Part shown: one piece after another, positions 18,574 through 27,943 of the stretch | Position numbering within the stretch: position 1 is the stretch's first letter | Layout: the number at the start of each line of letters is the position of its first letter | Assembly: GCA_947467315.1 (NCBI GenBank) | Contig: CANIID010000001.1 | Coordinates: 579 to 64,578 of the forward strand | Reading direction: 5' to 3' | Length of the DNA: 64,000 bases | From: Betaproteobacteria bacterium | GTDB lineage: Bacteria; Pseudomonadota; Gammaproteobacteria; Burkholderiales; SG8-41 | Position numbers and translations under genes: made by a program | The notes under the pieces: model-generated | The model's database searches: none | What the model was told of the DNA's origin: nothing | Seen by the model: the letters and a program-made list of their open reading frames with translations, nothing else

Positions 18574-19172
18574 TTTTCTTCTCCTTGATGTTCCTGTTTC
18601 ACAAAGGTTTGTTTGAGTTCAGCGTCGAATTCGCCGTCGATCAGCACAAACAGAATTTTGCACGGTTTGTCCGAGCGATTCGCCCATGAGTGGCTGGTGC
18701 CGCGCTGCACGACGATATCGCCTTGTTTGAGCGCCACATCTTCGTCGTCGAGGATCATCGTCAGCTCGCCTTCGAGTATCACCGCGTAATCAATGGTCTC
18801 GGTGCGATGCATGATCGGGTGGCGTCCGCCGCGCCCGTGCATGGAGGCATTCTCATTGCCCATGGCCTTGAAAATTTCGCGCGCCGCTTCCGGCGTGAGT
18901 TCTCGAATGGCCTTCGGTTCCGGCGCCCACTCGGCGACGCGGATCACCGTGCCGCGCGGCGCGGGGTGGATGGCGCCGGGGCCGGGCAGTGTCGGGTCCG
19001 GTTCCGTGGCCGTGATCGGCGCGGGCGTGGCACTGGTGCGCCACACCTCGGTGGATTGGTGGCCGGGCCGCAGCGGATTGGTTTTTAACGTCGGCGTGAG
19101 GCCGTCGGACAATACGATTGCTTTGCCGTTCTTATCATGGCCGGTGACGACTCTACGGATGAATCCTGTCAT
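18570..19172 (-). CDS. Cupin-domain protein
   Basis: C-terminal cupin barrel (HRTETIDYAVILEGEL...GDIVVQRGTSHSW). 4-nt overlap with the NIPSNAP gene start. Confidence 0.65.
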   Translation of the reverse strand: MTGFIRRVVTGHDKNGKAIVLSDGLTPTLKTNPLRPGHQSTEVWRTSATPAPITATEPDPTLPGPGAIHPAPRGTVIRVAEWAPEPKAIRELTPEAAREIFKAMGNENASMHGRGGRHPIMHRTETIDYAVILEGELTMILDDEDVALKQGDIVVQRGTSHSWANRSDKPCKILFVLIDGEFDAELKQTFVKQEHQGEEK

Positions 19173-19185
19173 GGGTTTCAGTAGG

Positions 19186-20346
19186 TTAGGCGCTCTGCGC
19201 GAGCAATTGTTCCGCGCCGGTAGCCGGCGCAACCTCAAAGGCATTCAGTGTGGCGGTGATCACGCGATAGTGACCGATGAGGGCAGTCAGTTCCACCAGC
19301 CACGGCACGCCATGGGCGTCGCGCAGACGGTCGAACAGCGTTTGTGTGACGCGGTGATTCCGCAGCACCTGCCTGGTGAAATCCACTGCGTCTGCTTCGT
19401 CCGGCGCGAGTGTCGCGGTGTCGCCGTGGTCACGCACCCGCGTAATGGTGGCGTCCGACACGCCCTCGCGACGCGCAGCGGCGGCATGAGAGGCCCACAC
19501 ATAAGGACAATCGTGTTCGCGCGCGGTGACGATGGTGACCAGCTCGCGTGTCCGCGCAGGTAGTGGCGATGCAAAGCGCAGGTGGTTGCTGACGTCGAAC
19601 ACGGTCTGGCACAGCGGCGGGCTGTGCATCAGCACCGCGAAAGGGCCGCGCACGCTCTTGCGTCCTTCGGCGATGGTGTCGAATACTGGCGGCGCAGCGG
19701 GGTCAGCCTGCATCGCCAGATCGCGCGAACTGATCAACGCAACGCGCGGCGCGCCGAGAGGTGCGCGGGCGCTCTTGCGCAGTGCCGGTACCGGCAGCCG
19801 ATCAGGCAGAGGCTCTTTGCCCGCAGCAGGCAGCACCTCGAACGTATTGAGCACAAACGACAACGCGCTGTAACGGCCAATCCATCCCGTCAGTTCGACC
19901 ATCCCGCGTACGCCGCGGGCCGCGAGCAGCGGATCGAACACCGCGCTATCGACACGGTTGTCGCGCAGCAGTTGGCGGGTGTAATTGACGATCGCTGCTT
20001 CTTCAGGCGGCAGGCCGACTAGCGTTTCGCCACGGGCCACTGCGGCAAACGTGGCCTTGCTGACACCCGCCTTGCGCGCCTGCGGCACGTGCGCGGCCCA
20101 CACGTAGGCGCAGTCGTATTCGCGCGCCGCCACGCTGACCGCCAGTTCCGCGTGTTGCGGTTTGACGATGCTCCGCCGGTGCAGGTATTCACCCACCTCG
20201 TTCCACGGCCTTGCAAGGGTCGGGCTGTGCAGCATGATGGTAGAAGGGCCGCTGATGCGGCCCCTCAATGCCGCCAATTCGGTAAACAGCGGGTAGTGCT
20301 CCGGCGCTATATCTTCTTTGTTTTGGATGAGTTCTACGCGAGCCAT
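19186..20346 (-). CDS. Carboxymuconolactone decarboxylase (AhpD-like) family protein, two tandem domains
   Basis: Two repeats of the ..E..I..VAREYDC.Y.W..H pattern. Confidence 0.75.
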   Translation of the reverse strand: MARVELIQNKEDIAPEHYPLFTELAALRGRISGPSTIMLHSPTLARPWNEVGEYLHRRSIVKPQHAELAVSVAAREYDCAYVWAAHVPQARKAGVSKATFAAVARGETLVGLPPEEAAIVNYTRQLLRDNRVDSAVFDPLLAARGVRGMVELTGWIGRYSALSFVLNTFEVLPAAGKEPLPDRLPVPALRKSARAPLGAPRVALISSRDLAMQADPAAPPVFDTIAEGRKSVRGPFAVLMHSPPLCQTVFDVSNHLRFASPLPARTRELVTIVTAREHDCPYVWASHAAAARREGVSDATITRVRDHGDTATLAPDEADAVDFTRQVLRNHRVTQTLFDRLRDAHGVPWLVELTALIGHYRVITATLNAFEVAPATGAEQLLAQSA

Positions 20347-20407
20347 GGCGTCTCCCTTGTTGTCATGTGGTGTGACGAAAGTAATCTCTTCGTCGCGTGC
20401 TGGCGTG

Positions 20408-21400
20408 CTATTCCGCCTGCAAGCCCGCCAGCTTTACCAGCTCTGCTGAACGCTTGATCGATGTCACGACAAACTCACGAAACGCGGCGGGCGTGTTGCC
20501 GACCGGTTCCATGCCGATGGCCGCGAGGCCGTCGCGCACCGCGGCAACACCAAGCGCCTTGCGGATTTCGGCGTGCAGTTTCGACACAATCGCAGCGGGT
20601 GTTTTCGCCGGCGCGAACACGCCGTACCAGCTTGAATCCATTTCCATGCCTTTGACGCCGGCTTCGATCATGGTGGGCACATTGGGCAGCAGCGGTGAAC
20701 GCGTAGGCGCGTTGTAGGCGAGCGCGCGGATGCGGCCTGCCTTCACTGCGCCGATCAGTGTGCCGGGGTTGGCGATGGCGATTTGAATTTCGCCACTGAT
20801 GAGCGCCACCGTGACCGGGCCGCCGCCTTTGTACGGCACATGCGTCAGATCAATGCCGGTGCGCGCCGCAAACAGCGCCGCCGCGAGGTGCGTGACATTG
20901 CCGACACCCGATGAACCGTAGGCGAATTTTGCGCCGGGGCGCTTCGCTTGTTGAACTAATTCCTGCACTGTTGTCGCGGCGACGGTGGGCGCAACCGTCA
21001 GCAGCAGCGCTTCCGACGAGGCGAGATTGGTAATGGGCTCGAAACTTTTCACCGCATCAAACGGCAGTTTGCGCGCGATGCTCGGGTTGATAGCGAAGGC
21101 CGCTGAGGTGATTAACAGCGTGTAGCCATCGGGATTGGATTTCGCAACGATATCCGCCGCCAGTATGCCGTTTGCGCCGGGACGATTGTCGAGCACCACG
21201 GATTGCCCCAACTGCGCGGTGAGTTGCGGCGTGATGACCCGTGCAACCGCATCCGGCGACCCGCCCGGCGCGAAGCCGAGCACCCAGCGCACTGGACGCG
21301 TGGGGTAATCCTGTGCGGCGGCGAGCACGGGCAGCGCGAGCGCGCAGGCGGCGAATAAGGTGCCGACAGTAGGCGTTAAAAAATTATGCAATAAAAACAT
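20408..21400 (-). CDS. Bug/TctC-family substrate-binding protein
   Basis: Signal peptide ends AAAQ, then DYPTRPVRWVLGFAPGGSPD. Confidence 0.85.
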   Translation of the reverse strand: MFLLHNFLTPTVGTLFAACALALPVLAAAQDYPTRPVRWVLGFAPGGSPDAVARVITPQLTAQLGQSVVLDNRPGANGILAADIVAKSNPDGYTLLITSAAFAINPSIARKLPFDAVKSFEPITNLASSEALLLTVAPTVAATTVQELVQQAKRPGAKFAYGSSGVGNVTHLAAALFAARTGIDLTHVPYKGGGPVTVALISGEIQIAIANPGTLIGAVKAGRIRALAYNAPTRSPLLPNVPTMIEAGVKGMEMDSSWYGVFAPAKTPAAIVSKLHAEIRKALGVAAVRDGLAAIGMEPVGNTPAAFREFVVTSIKRSAELVKLAGLQAE

Positions 21401-21408
21401 ATAGTTAC
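21390..21408 (+). repeat. AT-rich 19-nt boundary motif, copy 2 (AATAAAAACATATAGTTAC)
   Basis: Overlaps the start codon of the Bug gene at 21400. The CAT inside the motif is that gene's ATG on the minus strand. Confidence 0.6.
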
Positions 21409-21570
21409 ATGTATTCTGGGTGAGCGAGCAATGACGCGGCGCGGCGCTGTGGCATTGTAAAGTGAATTCCCGCTGGCGAGACGGCGAGAATTGAAGATAA
21501 TGGTGCGCGGTAAGGGGAGCGGCTGCTCACAACAGCGCGTGAGTACATTATTCAACCGACTGGAAAACCT

Positions 21571-23718
21571 ATGAACCGAAAACTAGGGTGGGCAGCAGCC
21601 CTCTGCGCGGCACTGCTGATGGCTATATTTCAAACCTCGGCACAAACGCCAACCGGCGCGGGCAGCGCGCTGCGCGGCACGGTCACCGGCCCTGGCGGGC
21701 CCGAGGCCGGCGTATGGGTGATCGCCGAGACCACCAGCTTGCCCACCAAGTTCGCAAAAATTGTGGTGACCGATGAACAGGGCCGTTACCTGATTCCCGA
21801 TCTGCCCAAGGGAAATTACAGCGTGTGGGTGCGCGGCTACGGTCTGGTGGATTCGGCCAAGGTCAACGCCACGCCGGGAAGCACGCTCGATCTGCGCGCC
21901 ACGGTAGCACCCAGCGCTGCTGCTGCCGCGGAATATTACCCCTCGATCTATTGGTACTCGCTGCTGACTATTCCGGACAAAAAAGAGTTTCCCGGTACCG
22001 GCGACGGCCCCAAGGGCAATGGCATTGAGCCCGCGATGTTGACGCAATATCACTGGCTGAATACCGTGAAGACCAACGGTTGCGTGGCGTGCCACGCGCT
22101 GGGCACCAAAGGCACGCGCACCATGCCTAAGGATTTCGCGCACTACACGAACGGCACTGACGCGTGGACGCGGCGCATAGTGTCGGGGCAGGCAATGACC
22201 AACATGGTCAGCGTGGCAAGCCGCATGGGCGCGCTGCGCGCGCTGAATCAGTTTGCCGACTGGACCGACCGCATCGCCAAGGGCGAGTTGCCGTTCGACA
22301 AGCCGCAGCGGCCACAGGGCGTCGAACGTAATCTGGTGGTGACGATGTGGGACTGGTCACGCAACACGGCCTATCTGCACGACATCATCGGCACCGACAA
22401 ACGCAAACCCACCGTCAACGCCAACGGCAAATTTTACGGCGCGACGGAGTTTTCAACCGACTGGTTGCCGATACTCGATCCGCAAACGCACACCGCGACG
22501 GAAGTGTTTCATCCGGTACGCGATCCGAAAACACCGTCGCATGCCAACGACCCGCTGTCGCCCTCGCCGTACTGGGGCGAAAAAGTGATCTGGGACGCGA
22601 AAACCAGCAATCACAATCCGATGATGGATCATCTGGGCCGCGTGTGGTACACCTCGCGCATACGTCCGCCGGAGAATCCGGCGTTCTGCCGCAAGGGTTC
22701 GGAACATCCGTCGGCGAAGGTGTTCCCGATGGATCGTTCGACGCGGCACACGTCGTTCTACGATCCCAAGTCCAACAAGTTTTCGCTGATCAGCACCTGC
22801 TTTCCGACGCATCACCTGAGTTTTGGTGAAGACGCCAATCACACGCTGTGGTTCTCCAGCGGCAGCGGCGGCAACAATGTGCTGGGCTGGGTCAACAGCG
22901 CGGTGTACGACAAGACCGGCAACGAAGAACTCGCGCAGGGCTGGACGCCGTTCATCATCGACGCCAACGGCAACGGCAAGCGCGACGAGTGGGTCGAGCC
23001 CAATCAAGCCACCGATCCGACCAAAGACAAGCGCGTCAACGTCAACCTCTACTCGGTGGCGTATAACCCCGTCGATGGCTCGATCTGGGGCACCGCGCCC
23101 GCCACCACGCCCGGCTACATCGTGCGCGTCGCGCCCGGAGCCGATCCGACAAACACCGCGCTCGCGGAGATTTATGAGCCACCGTTGCCCGGCTATGGCC
23201 CGCGCGGCGGCGACATTGATCGCAACGGCGTGTTCTGGGCGTCATTGGCGAGCGGACATCTCGGCGAATTCGACCGGCGCAAATGCAAAGGCCCGTTGAA
23301 CGGCCCCGCGGCCGTCACCGGCAAACACTGCCCCGAAGGCTGGACGCTGCATGTGATGCCCGGCCCAAATTTCAAAGGCATAACCGAATCGGGCAGCGCG
23401 GAAGCGAGCTACTACACCTGGGTCGATCAGTTCGATATTTTCGGCCTCGGCAAAAACGTGCCCATCGCCACCGGCAATCTGAACGATTCGATCATGGCGC
23501 TGGTCAACGGCAAATGGATCAACCTGCGTGTGCCGTACCCGGTGGGCTATTACACCAAGTGGGTCGAAGGCCGCATCGACGACGCGAACGGCGGCTGGAA
23601 AGGCAAATCGCTGTGGACAACAACGTCTACGCGCACCATGTTCCATCTCGAAGGCGGCACCGCCAACAAGCCGAAAGTGGTGCGCTTCCAATTGCGGCCT
23701 GATCCGCTGGCGCAGTAA
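21571..23718 (+). CDS. Secreted protein: carboxypeptidase-regulatory-like domain, one c-type haem site, and a putative beta-propeller
   Basis: Signal peptide. GTVTGP...VTDEQGRYLIPDLPKGNYSVWV (CarboxypepD_reg-like). Single CVACH. Later repeats such as GRVWYTS, HTLWFSS, GSIWGTA and NGVFWAS. Confidence 0.7.
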   Translation: MNRKLGWAAALCAALLMAIFQTSAQTPTGAGSALRGTVTGPGGPEAGVWVIAETTSLPTKFAKIVVTDEQGRYLIPDLPKGNYSVWVRGYGLVDSAKVNATPGSTLDLRATVAPSAAAAAEYYPSIYWYSLLTIPDKKEFPGTGDGPKGNGIEPAMLTQYHWLNTVKTNGCVACHALGTKGTRTMPKDFAHYTNGTDAWTRRIVSGQAMTNMVSVASRMGALRALNQFADWTDRIAKGELPFDKPQRPQGVERNLVVTMWDWSRNTAYLHDIIGTDKRKPTVNANGKFYGATEFSTDWLPILDPQTHTATEVFHPVRDPKTPSHANDPLSPSPYWGEKVIWDAKTSNHNPMMDHLGRVWYTSRIRPPENPAFCRKGSEHPSAKVFPMDRSTRHTSFYDPKSNKFSLISTCFPTHHLSFGEDANHTLWFSSGSGGNNVLGWVNSAVYDKTGNEELAQGWTPFIIDANGNGKRDEWVEPNQATDPTKDKRVNVNLYSVAYNPVDGSIWGTAPATTPGYIVRVAPGADPTNTALAEIYEPPLPGYGPRGGDIDRNGVFWASLASGHLGEFDRRKCKGPLNGPAAVTGKHCPEGWTLHVMPGPNFKGITESGSAEASYYTWVDQFDIFGLGKNVPIATGNLNDSIMALVNGKWINLRVPYPVGYYTKWVEGRIDDANGGWKGKSLWTTTSTRTMFHLEGGTANKPKVVRFQLRPDPLAQ

Positions 23719-24695
23719 TGCGCGCAATGCACGCGTGTATATGGAAGGGCGTGGCGCTGCTGGTGTTGGCGGCAGCGCCTGTGTGCGCTCATGCGCAAGA
23801 CTACCCCACGCGCCCCGTGCGCTTCATCGTCGGCTTCGTGCCCGGTGGCATTGCGGATTTGCTCGCGCGCGCGCTGGCGCAAAAACTTACCGACGCGTGG
23901 GGCCAGCAAGTGATCGTCGATAACCGCGCGGGCGGCGGCGGCGTCATCAGCATGCAACTCGTCGGCAAGGCCGCGCCCGACGGCTACACGCTGCTGATGG
24001 GTTCCTCGACGCAGTTTTCCATCAACCCCGCGCTGCGTCCCAATCTGCCGTACGACCCGGTGCGCGATTACACACCGATCTCCAATGCCGCGATCACGCC
24101 GGTGATACTCACGGTGCCGGCGGCCTCCGCCGCGCGCTCGTTGCAGGATTTAATTCAGTTGGCGAAGAAAGACACGCTGAGCTACGGCTCCACCGGGTAC
24201 GGCGGCGCACCGCACATCGCCGGCGAATTATTCAAGCGCGCCGCGGGCGTGCCGATGACGCATATACCGTTCAAGGGCGGCGGCGAATCCATCGTCGCCA
24301 TCATGGGCGGCCACGTGCAGGCCTCGTTCGGCGCGGTATCCACCGCGCAACCGCATCTGCGCGGCGGCCGCTTGCGCGCGCTCGGCGTGACCACGGTGAA
24401 ACGCATGAGCGCGATTCCCGACGTGCCGACCTTCGCGGAGCAAGGTTTGCCGGGATTTGAAGTGGTGCAATGGTACGGCGTGTTTGCGCCAGCGGGGTTG
24501 CCGCCGGCCGTGCTGCGCAAAACCAATGATACCCTGGTGCGTGCATTAGGCGCCGCCGACTTTCGCGAGCAGTTCAATGCGCAGGGCGTAGAGTTGATGC
24601 AATCCACGCCTGCGGTGTTTGGCGGCTATGTTAAGGGCGAGTTGGCGCGGTGGACCAAGGTGTTGAAGGAGATGGGGATTAACGAGGCGCCGTAG
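23718..24695 (+). CDS. Bug/TctC-family substrate-binding protein
   Basis: TAATG junction with the upstream gene. Signal peptide ends AHAQ, then DYPTRPVRFIVGFVPGGIAD. Confidence 0.85.
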   Translation: MRAMHACIWKGVALLVLAAAPVCAHAQDYPTRPVRFIVGFVPGGIADLLARALAQKLTDAWGQQVIVDNRAGGGGVISMQLVGKAAPDGYTLLMGSSTQFSINPALRPNLPYDPVRDYTPISNAAITPVILTVPAASAARSLQDLIQLAKKDTLSYGSTGYGGAPHIAGELFKRAAGVPMTHIPFKGGGESIVAIMGGHVQASFGAVSTAQPHLRGGRLRALGVTTVKRMSAIPDVPTFAEQGLPGFEVVQWYGVFAPAGLPPAVLRKTNDTLVRALGAADFREQFNAQGVELMQSTPAVFGGYVKGELARWTKVLKEMGINEAP

Positions 24696-24710
24696 TTGTA
24701 GGCCGCCTGG

Positions 24711-25133
24711 TTAAAGTGTGTAAGGCCCATAGGTTATGCCTATAGATTCAGGATCTCCGTAAGCTTTCGCAACCTCGGCAGTTGGAATGACCAGCCGAGT
24801 CTGCCCTTTGGGTTGCCAACAGTTCTTGCCGGAGTAATAGAAGGTTTGGCCTGCACCACTTAAGGTGTAAGTGTTTTCAGGTTGCACTTCAAAACGCCCC
24901 TTGCCAATACGGACAACCTTCGCGCGGACGTACTGGAGAAAGCCCGCCTGGCTGTTACGTATAGCTACGACAGTACCAAGCGCCACATTCGTTCTCAGCC
25001 ATTCTTCAACTTCTTCGATGGTCTGACCGAAACACGGAGGTTTCTTAGAGTGAATGGATGTGCTCATCGCTCGATTAAATGATGGCGATTTAGCTAGGCC
25101 AGAAGAAGGTTTCCCGGTCGCCGGCTTCCTCAC
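24711..25133 (-). CDS. Hypothetical protein in a lower-GC patch
   Basis: Open frame only, no recognised motif and no clear RBS. Alternative start ATG 25067. Confidence 0.35.
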   Translation of the reverse strand: MRKPATGKPSSGLAKSPSFNRAMSTSIHSKKPPCFGQTIEEVEEWLRTNVALGTVVAIRNSQAGFLQYVRAKVVRIGKGRFEVQPENTYTLSGAGQTFYYSGKNCWQPKGQTRLVIPTAEVAKAYGDPESIGITYGPYTL

Positions 25134-25139
25134 GAGTGC

Positions 25140-26033
25140 TTAAACCGTCGCCAACGTCGTCGCATCAAAAAACGGCTTGCACCCCTTGATCTGCGTGCGA
25201 TGCATCAGCCGCCGCGTGTTGGCGTCGAACGCATCGCGCCGGTGCATGGCGGCGCGGTTGTCCCACATGATCATGTCGCCGAGTTGCCACACTTGATACC
25301 ACTCGAATTCTTTTTGCGTGGCGTGCGCCCACAGGCGGTTTAGCAGGTCTTCGCTTTCGTCCAGCGGCAGGCCGATGATGTAGGCGGATTTGCGGCGGCC
25401 GAGAAACAGCGCATTACGCCGCGTTTCCGGGTGCGTGCGGATCAGCGGGTGAATCGCGCCCGGCGCTTCGCGCGGATCGATGGCATCTTTGAAGCCGACG
25501 CGCAGTTCGCCCGCGCTGTTGCGGCTGGAATCATGGCGACAGGTTTTGCCGATGATTTCGCGCTTTAATTCGGCGGGCAGGGTGTCGAACGCGCGATACA
25601 TATTGGCAAAACCGGTGTTGCCGCCGCTGGGTGGCACTTCAATCGCGTAAAGCGCGCTGCCCATCGGGCACAGCTCGTTGTAGCTCATGTCGGTGTGCCA
25701 CACGGCTTCGTAGTTGCCGAGGCTGCCGATGGGTTTGCCATCGACCTTGATGTTCGACATCACGGTGATTTCGGGATGGTGGTTCACCACGTCCTTGCTG
25801 GCATGTACCGGCGCTTTGTCGAGTTCGCCGAACAGGCGCGCGAAGGCCAGAAACGCCGGATCGCCGAGTTTCTGTCCACGAAAGCGCAGCACGAGATGGT
25901 CGTTCCAGGCTTGGCGGATTTGCGTGTAGACGTCCGTGCTGACGGGCTGTGATAAATCCACGCCGACGATATCGGCGCCCAGCGCCGCGCCGGTGGGGAT
26001 GACGGTGATTTTGGTGTGGGTGGCGGTGTCCAT
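25140..26033 (-). CDS. TauD/TfdA-family Fe(II)/2-oxoglutarate-dependent dioxygenase
   Basis: WHTDMSY (HxD iron motif), the family-typical N-terminus GA.I.GVDLS, and C-terminal WDNRA..HR. Confidence 0.85.
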   Translation of the reverse strand: MDTATHTKITVIPTGAALGADIVGVDLSQPVSTDVYTQIRQAWNDHLVLRFRGQKLGDPAFLAFARLFGELDKAPVHASKDVVNHHPEITVMSNIKVDGKPIGSLGNYEAVWHTDMSYNELCPMGSALYAIEVPPSGGNTGFANMYRAFDTLPAELKREIIGKTCRHDSSRNSAGELRVGFKDAIDPREAPGAIHPLIRTHPETRRNALFLGRRKSAYIIGLPLDESEDLLNRLWAHATQKEFEWYQVWQLGDMIMWDNRAAMHRRDAFDANTRRLMHRTQIKGCKPFFDATTLATV

Positions 26034-26040
26034 GATTTAT

Positions 26041-26059
26041 ATAAGTAGATGTTTTTAAA
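26041..26059 (-). repeat. AT-rich 19-nt boundary motif, copy 3 (reverse complement TTTAAAAACATCTACTTAT)
   Basis: Lies 8 nt upstream of the TauD-type gene ATG (26033). No SD sequence between them. Confidence 0.55.
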
Positions 26060-26118
26060 GGGATTTATAATGGCTGTCGCGCGCAGTGCACGGCGCTGCT
26101 GGAATCATACACCGCGCC

Positions 26119-26784
26119 TTAGTGCCGCGGTGAATCGGTGCCGCGCAGGGTGTGCAGCGTCTCGCGCACCTCTGCCAGATGCGGATGCACGCGCAACGCC
26201 CGGCTGAACGCGAGGCAGGCGGATTCATCCTCGCCGTGCGCGTGCAGAATTTCGCCCAGACCGCACATCGCGCCGAAATGGCGCGGCTCGATTTCGAGCG
26301 TGCGGTGGATGGCAGCGACACTTTCATCGTCGCGCTCCAGCACGTAGTAGAGCGTGGCGCGTTTGTTCCAGGCTTCGGCCCAGTTGGGGCGGCGGCGCAG
26401 CAAAATGGCGAGACGGGTCTCGGCGATATCAAAGCGCCGCGCGGCGATGTCGGCGGAGGCGCGTTCCAGCGCGAGCTCCGCGCCTTCATGATCGTCATAC
26501 ATCCACACGTCCCAAATCGCGTCTTCGATGCGGGTCGCGTCGGCGCGATGGGGGCAGGCCAGCAGTTTGTCGAACAATTCATCCAGACGCGAAGGTAACG
26601 CTGCCGCGGGCTGCCGTTGCGGCAGCCGGCTGACCAACTCAAGCGTCTCGGCGTAGAGCAAGGTGGTTGTGGATACCCCTGTTTGACTCTGCGACAGTAT
26701 AGCGCCGGGAAAATCGCGGTGTCTATCGAAAGCGGCACCACCATCACCGTCATACTGGCGAAAGCCAGTATCCAGGTCGTACAA
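26119..26784 (-). CDS. Tetratricopeptide-repeat protein
   Basis: The C-terminal half shows TPR-like A..W..RA..Y....D...A helix pairs. Start uncertain. Confidence 0.55.
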   Translation of the reverse strand: MYDLDTGFRQYDGDGGAAFDRHRDFPGAILSQSQTGVSTTTLLYAETLELVSRLPQRQPAAALPSRLDELFDKLLACPHRADATRIEDAIWDVWMYDDHEGAELALERASADIAARRFDIAETRLAILLRRRPNWAEAWNKRATLYYVLERDDESVAAIHRTLEIEPRHFGAMCGLGEILHAHGEDESACLAFSRALRVHPHLAEVRETLHTLRGTDSPRH

Positions 26785-26831
26785 ACAGGCGCAGCCTCTG
26801 AATTCAGCGCCTGCGGCGCGGGTTACGCACT

Positions 26832-26858
26832 GGATTCCGGCCTGCGCCGGAATGACGG
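26832..26858. repeat. REP-like palindrome, family A (GGATTCCGGCCTGCGCCGGAATGACGG)
   Basis: Same core as the copies at 14523 and 37169. Confidence 0.6.
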
Positions 26859-26877
26859 TAGGGGTAGATGGGCAGCT

Positions 26878-27789
26878 TCAGGCCACGATCTTGTTGCGCA
26901 GCAAGCCGATGCCTTCGACTTCGGTTTCCATGATGTCGCCGGGGTGCATGAACTCCGGCGGCGTGCGCGCGTGGCCCACGCCCGACGGCGTGCCGGTCAA
27001 GATGATGTCGCCGGCTTCGAGCGTGATGCCCGCCGACAGTTCGGCGATGATGCGCGGTAGTTTGAAATACAGATGCTTGGTGTTGGAATCCTGCTTCACC
27101 ACGCCGTTCACGCGGCATTGCAGGTTGAGGTTGTTCGGGTCTTTCACGTCGCCGGCGGTGACGATCCACGGCCCCATCGGCAGATGGCCGTCGAGGCTTT
27201 TGCCGCGAAACCATTGCTGGCCGTGATGGCGCTGCACTTCGCGTGCGGACACGTCGTTGGCCACGGTGTAGCCGAACACGTGTTTCATCGCGTTGGCTTC
27301 GGTGATGTTGGTGCCGCCCTTGCCGATGATGAGTGCGAGTTCCACTTCCCAATCGAGCTTTTCGGTGACATTGCCGTGCGCGGGCACGTTGCCGAAAGGC
27401 GTGTTTACCGTCAACGGCTGCTTGCTGAAAAACGCCGGATGCGTGGGCATTTCCTGCACATGCGGGCGGGCCTTCGCGCCTTCGTTGAAGTGGTCGAGAT
27501 AATTCCAGCCGACGCAGAACACGTTTTTGCGCGGGCGCGGTATCGGCGCGTGCAGCTTCACCTTCGCCAGTGTGAAGTGACTGGCCTTGACTTTGGCGAC
27601 CGCGTTCTTGATCGCGGCCAAGCCTTTGGTGCCGCTGGCCACCAGCGAAATCATGCAGTTCGCGTCGAACGGCAGCGCCACGCGCGCCGCCTTGGCTGCG
27701 CGCGCGATGTCGATCACGCCGCCGTCGGCGCCGATGACGCCGGTTTTCGTGGGCTGCTTTGCGGATTCAGAAAAAGTGACCAGTTTCAA
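26878..27789 (-). CDS. Fumarylacetoacetate hydrolase (FAH) family protein
   Basis: DWEVELALIIGK, then VANDVSARE, then GD.I.TGTPSGVG. Confidence 0.85.
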   Translation of the reverse strand: MKLVTFSESAKQPTKTGVIGADGGVIDIARAAKAARVALPFDANCMISLVASGTKGLAAIKNAVAKVKASHFTLAKVKLHAPIPRPRKNVFCVGWNYLDHFNEGAKARPHVQEMPTHPAFFSKQPLTVNTPFGNVPAHGNVTEKLDWEVELALIIGKGGTNITEANAMKHVFGYTVANDVSAREVQRHHGQQWFRGKSLDGHLPMGPWIVTAGDVKDPNNLNLQCRVNGVVKQDSNTKHLYFKLPRIIAELSAGITLEAGDIILTGTPSGVGHARTPPEFMHPGDIMETEVEGIGLLRNKIVA

Positions 27790-27883
27790 GTGATGCTCCT
27801 CGATGAAATTAAACGAAATTAAGTGGCCTTGTAACTATCCAGGTTCGACAGAAAGCATTGGGCGAATTTCCTACGGACTAGTT

Positions 27884-27905
27884 CCTTCCCCTTCCAGGGG
27901 GAAGG
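27884..27905. repeat. Family B hairpin, solo copy (CCTTCCCCTTCCAGGGGGAAGG)
   Basis: 8-bp stem. Sits between the pip stop and the FAH gene start and may also act as a terminator. Confidence 0.5.
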
Positions 27906-27943
27906 AGTTTCTTGGAAGTGCCTTTTCATTGGAACCTGAAGAA

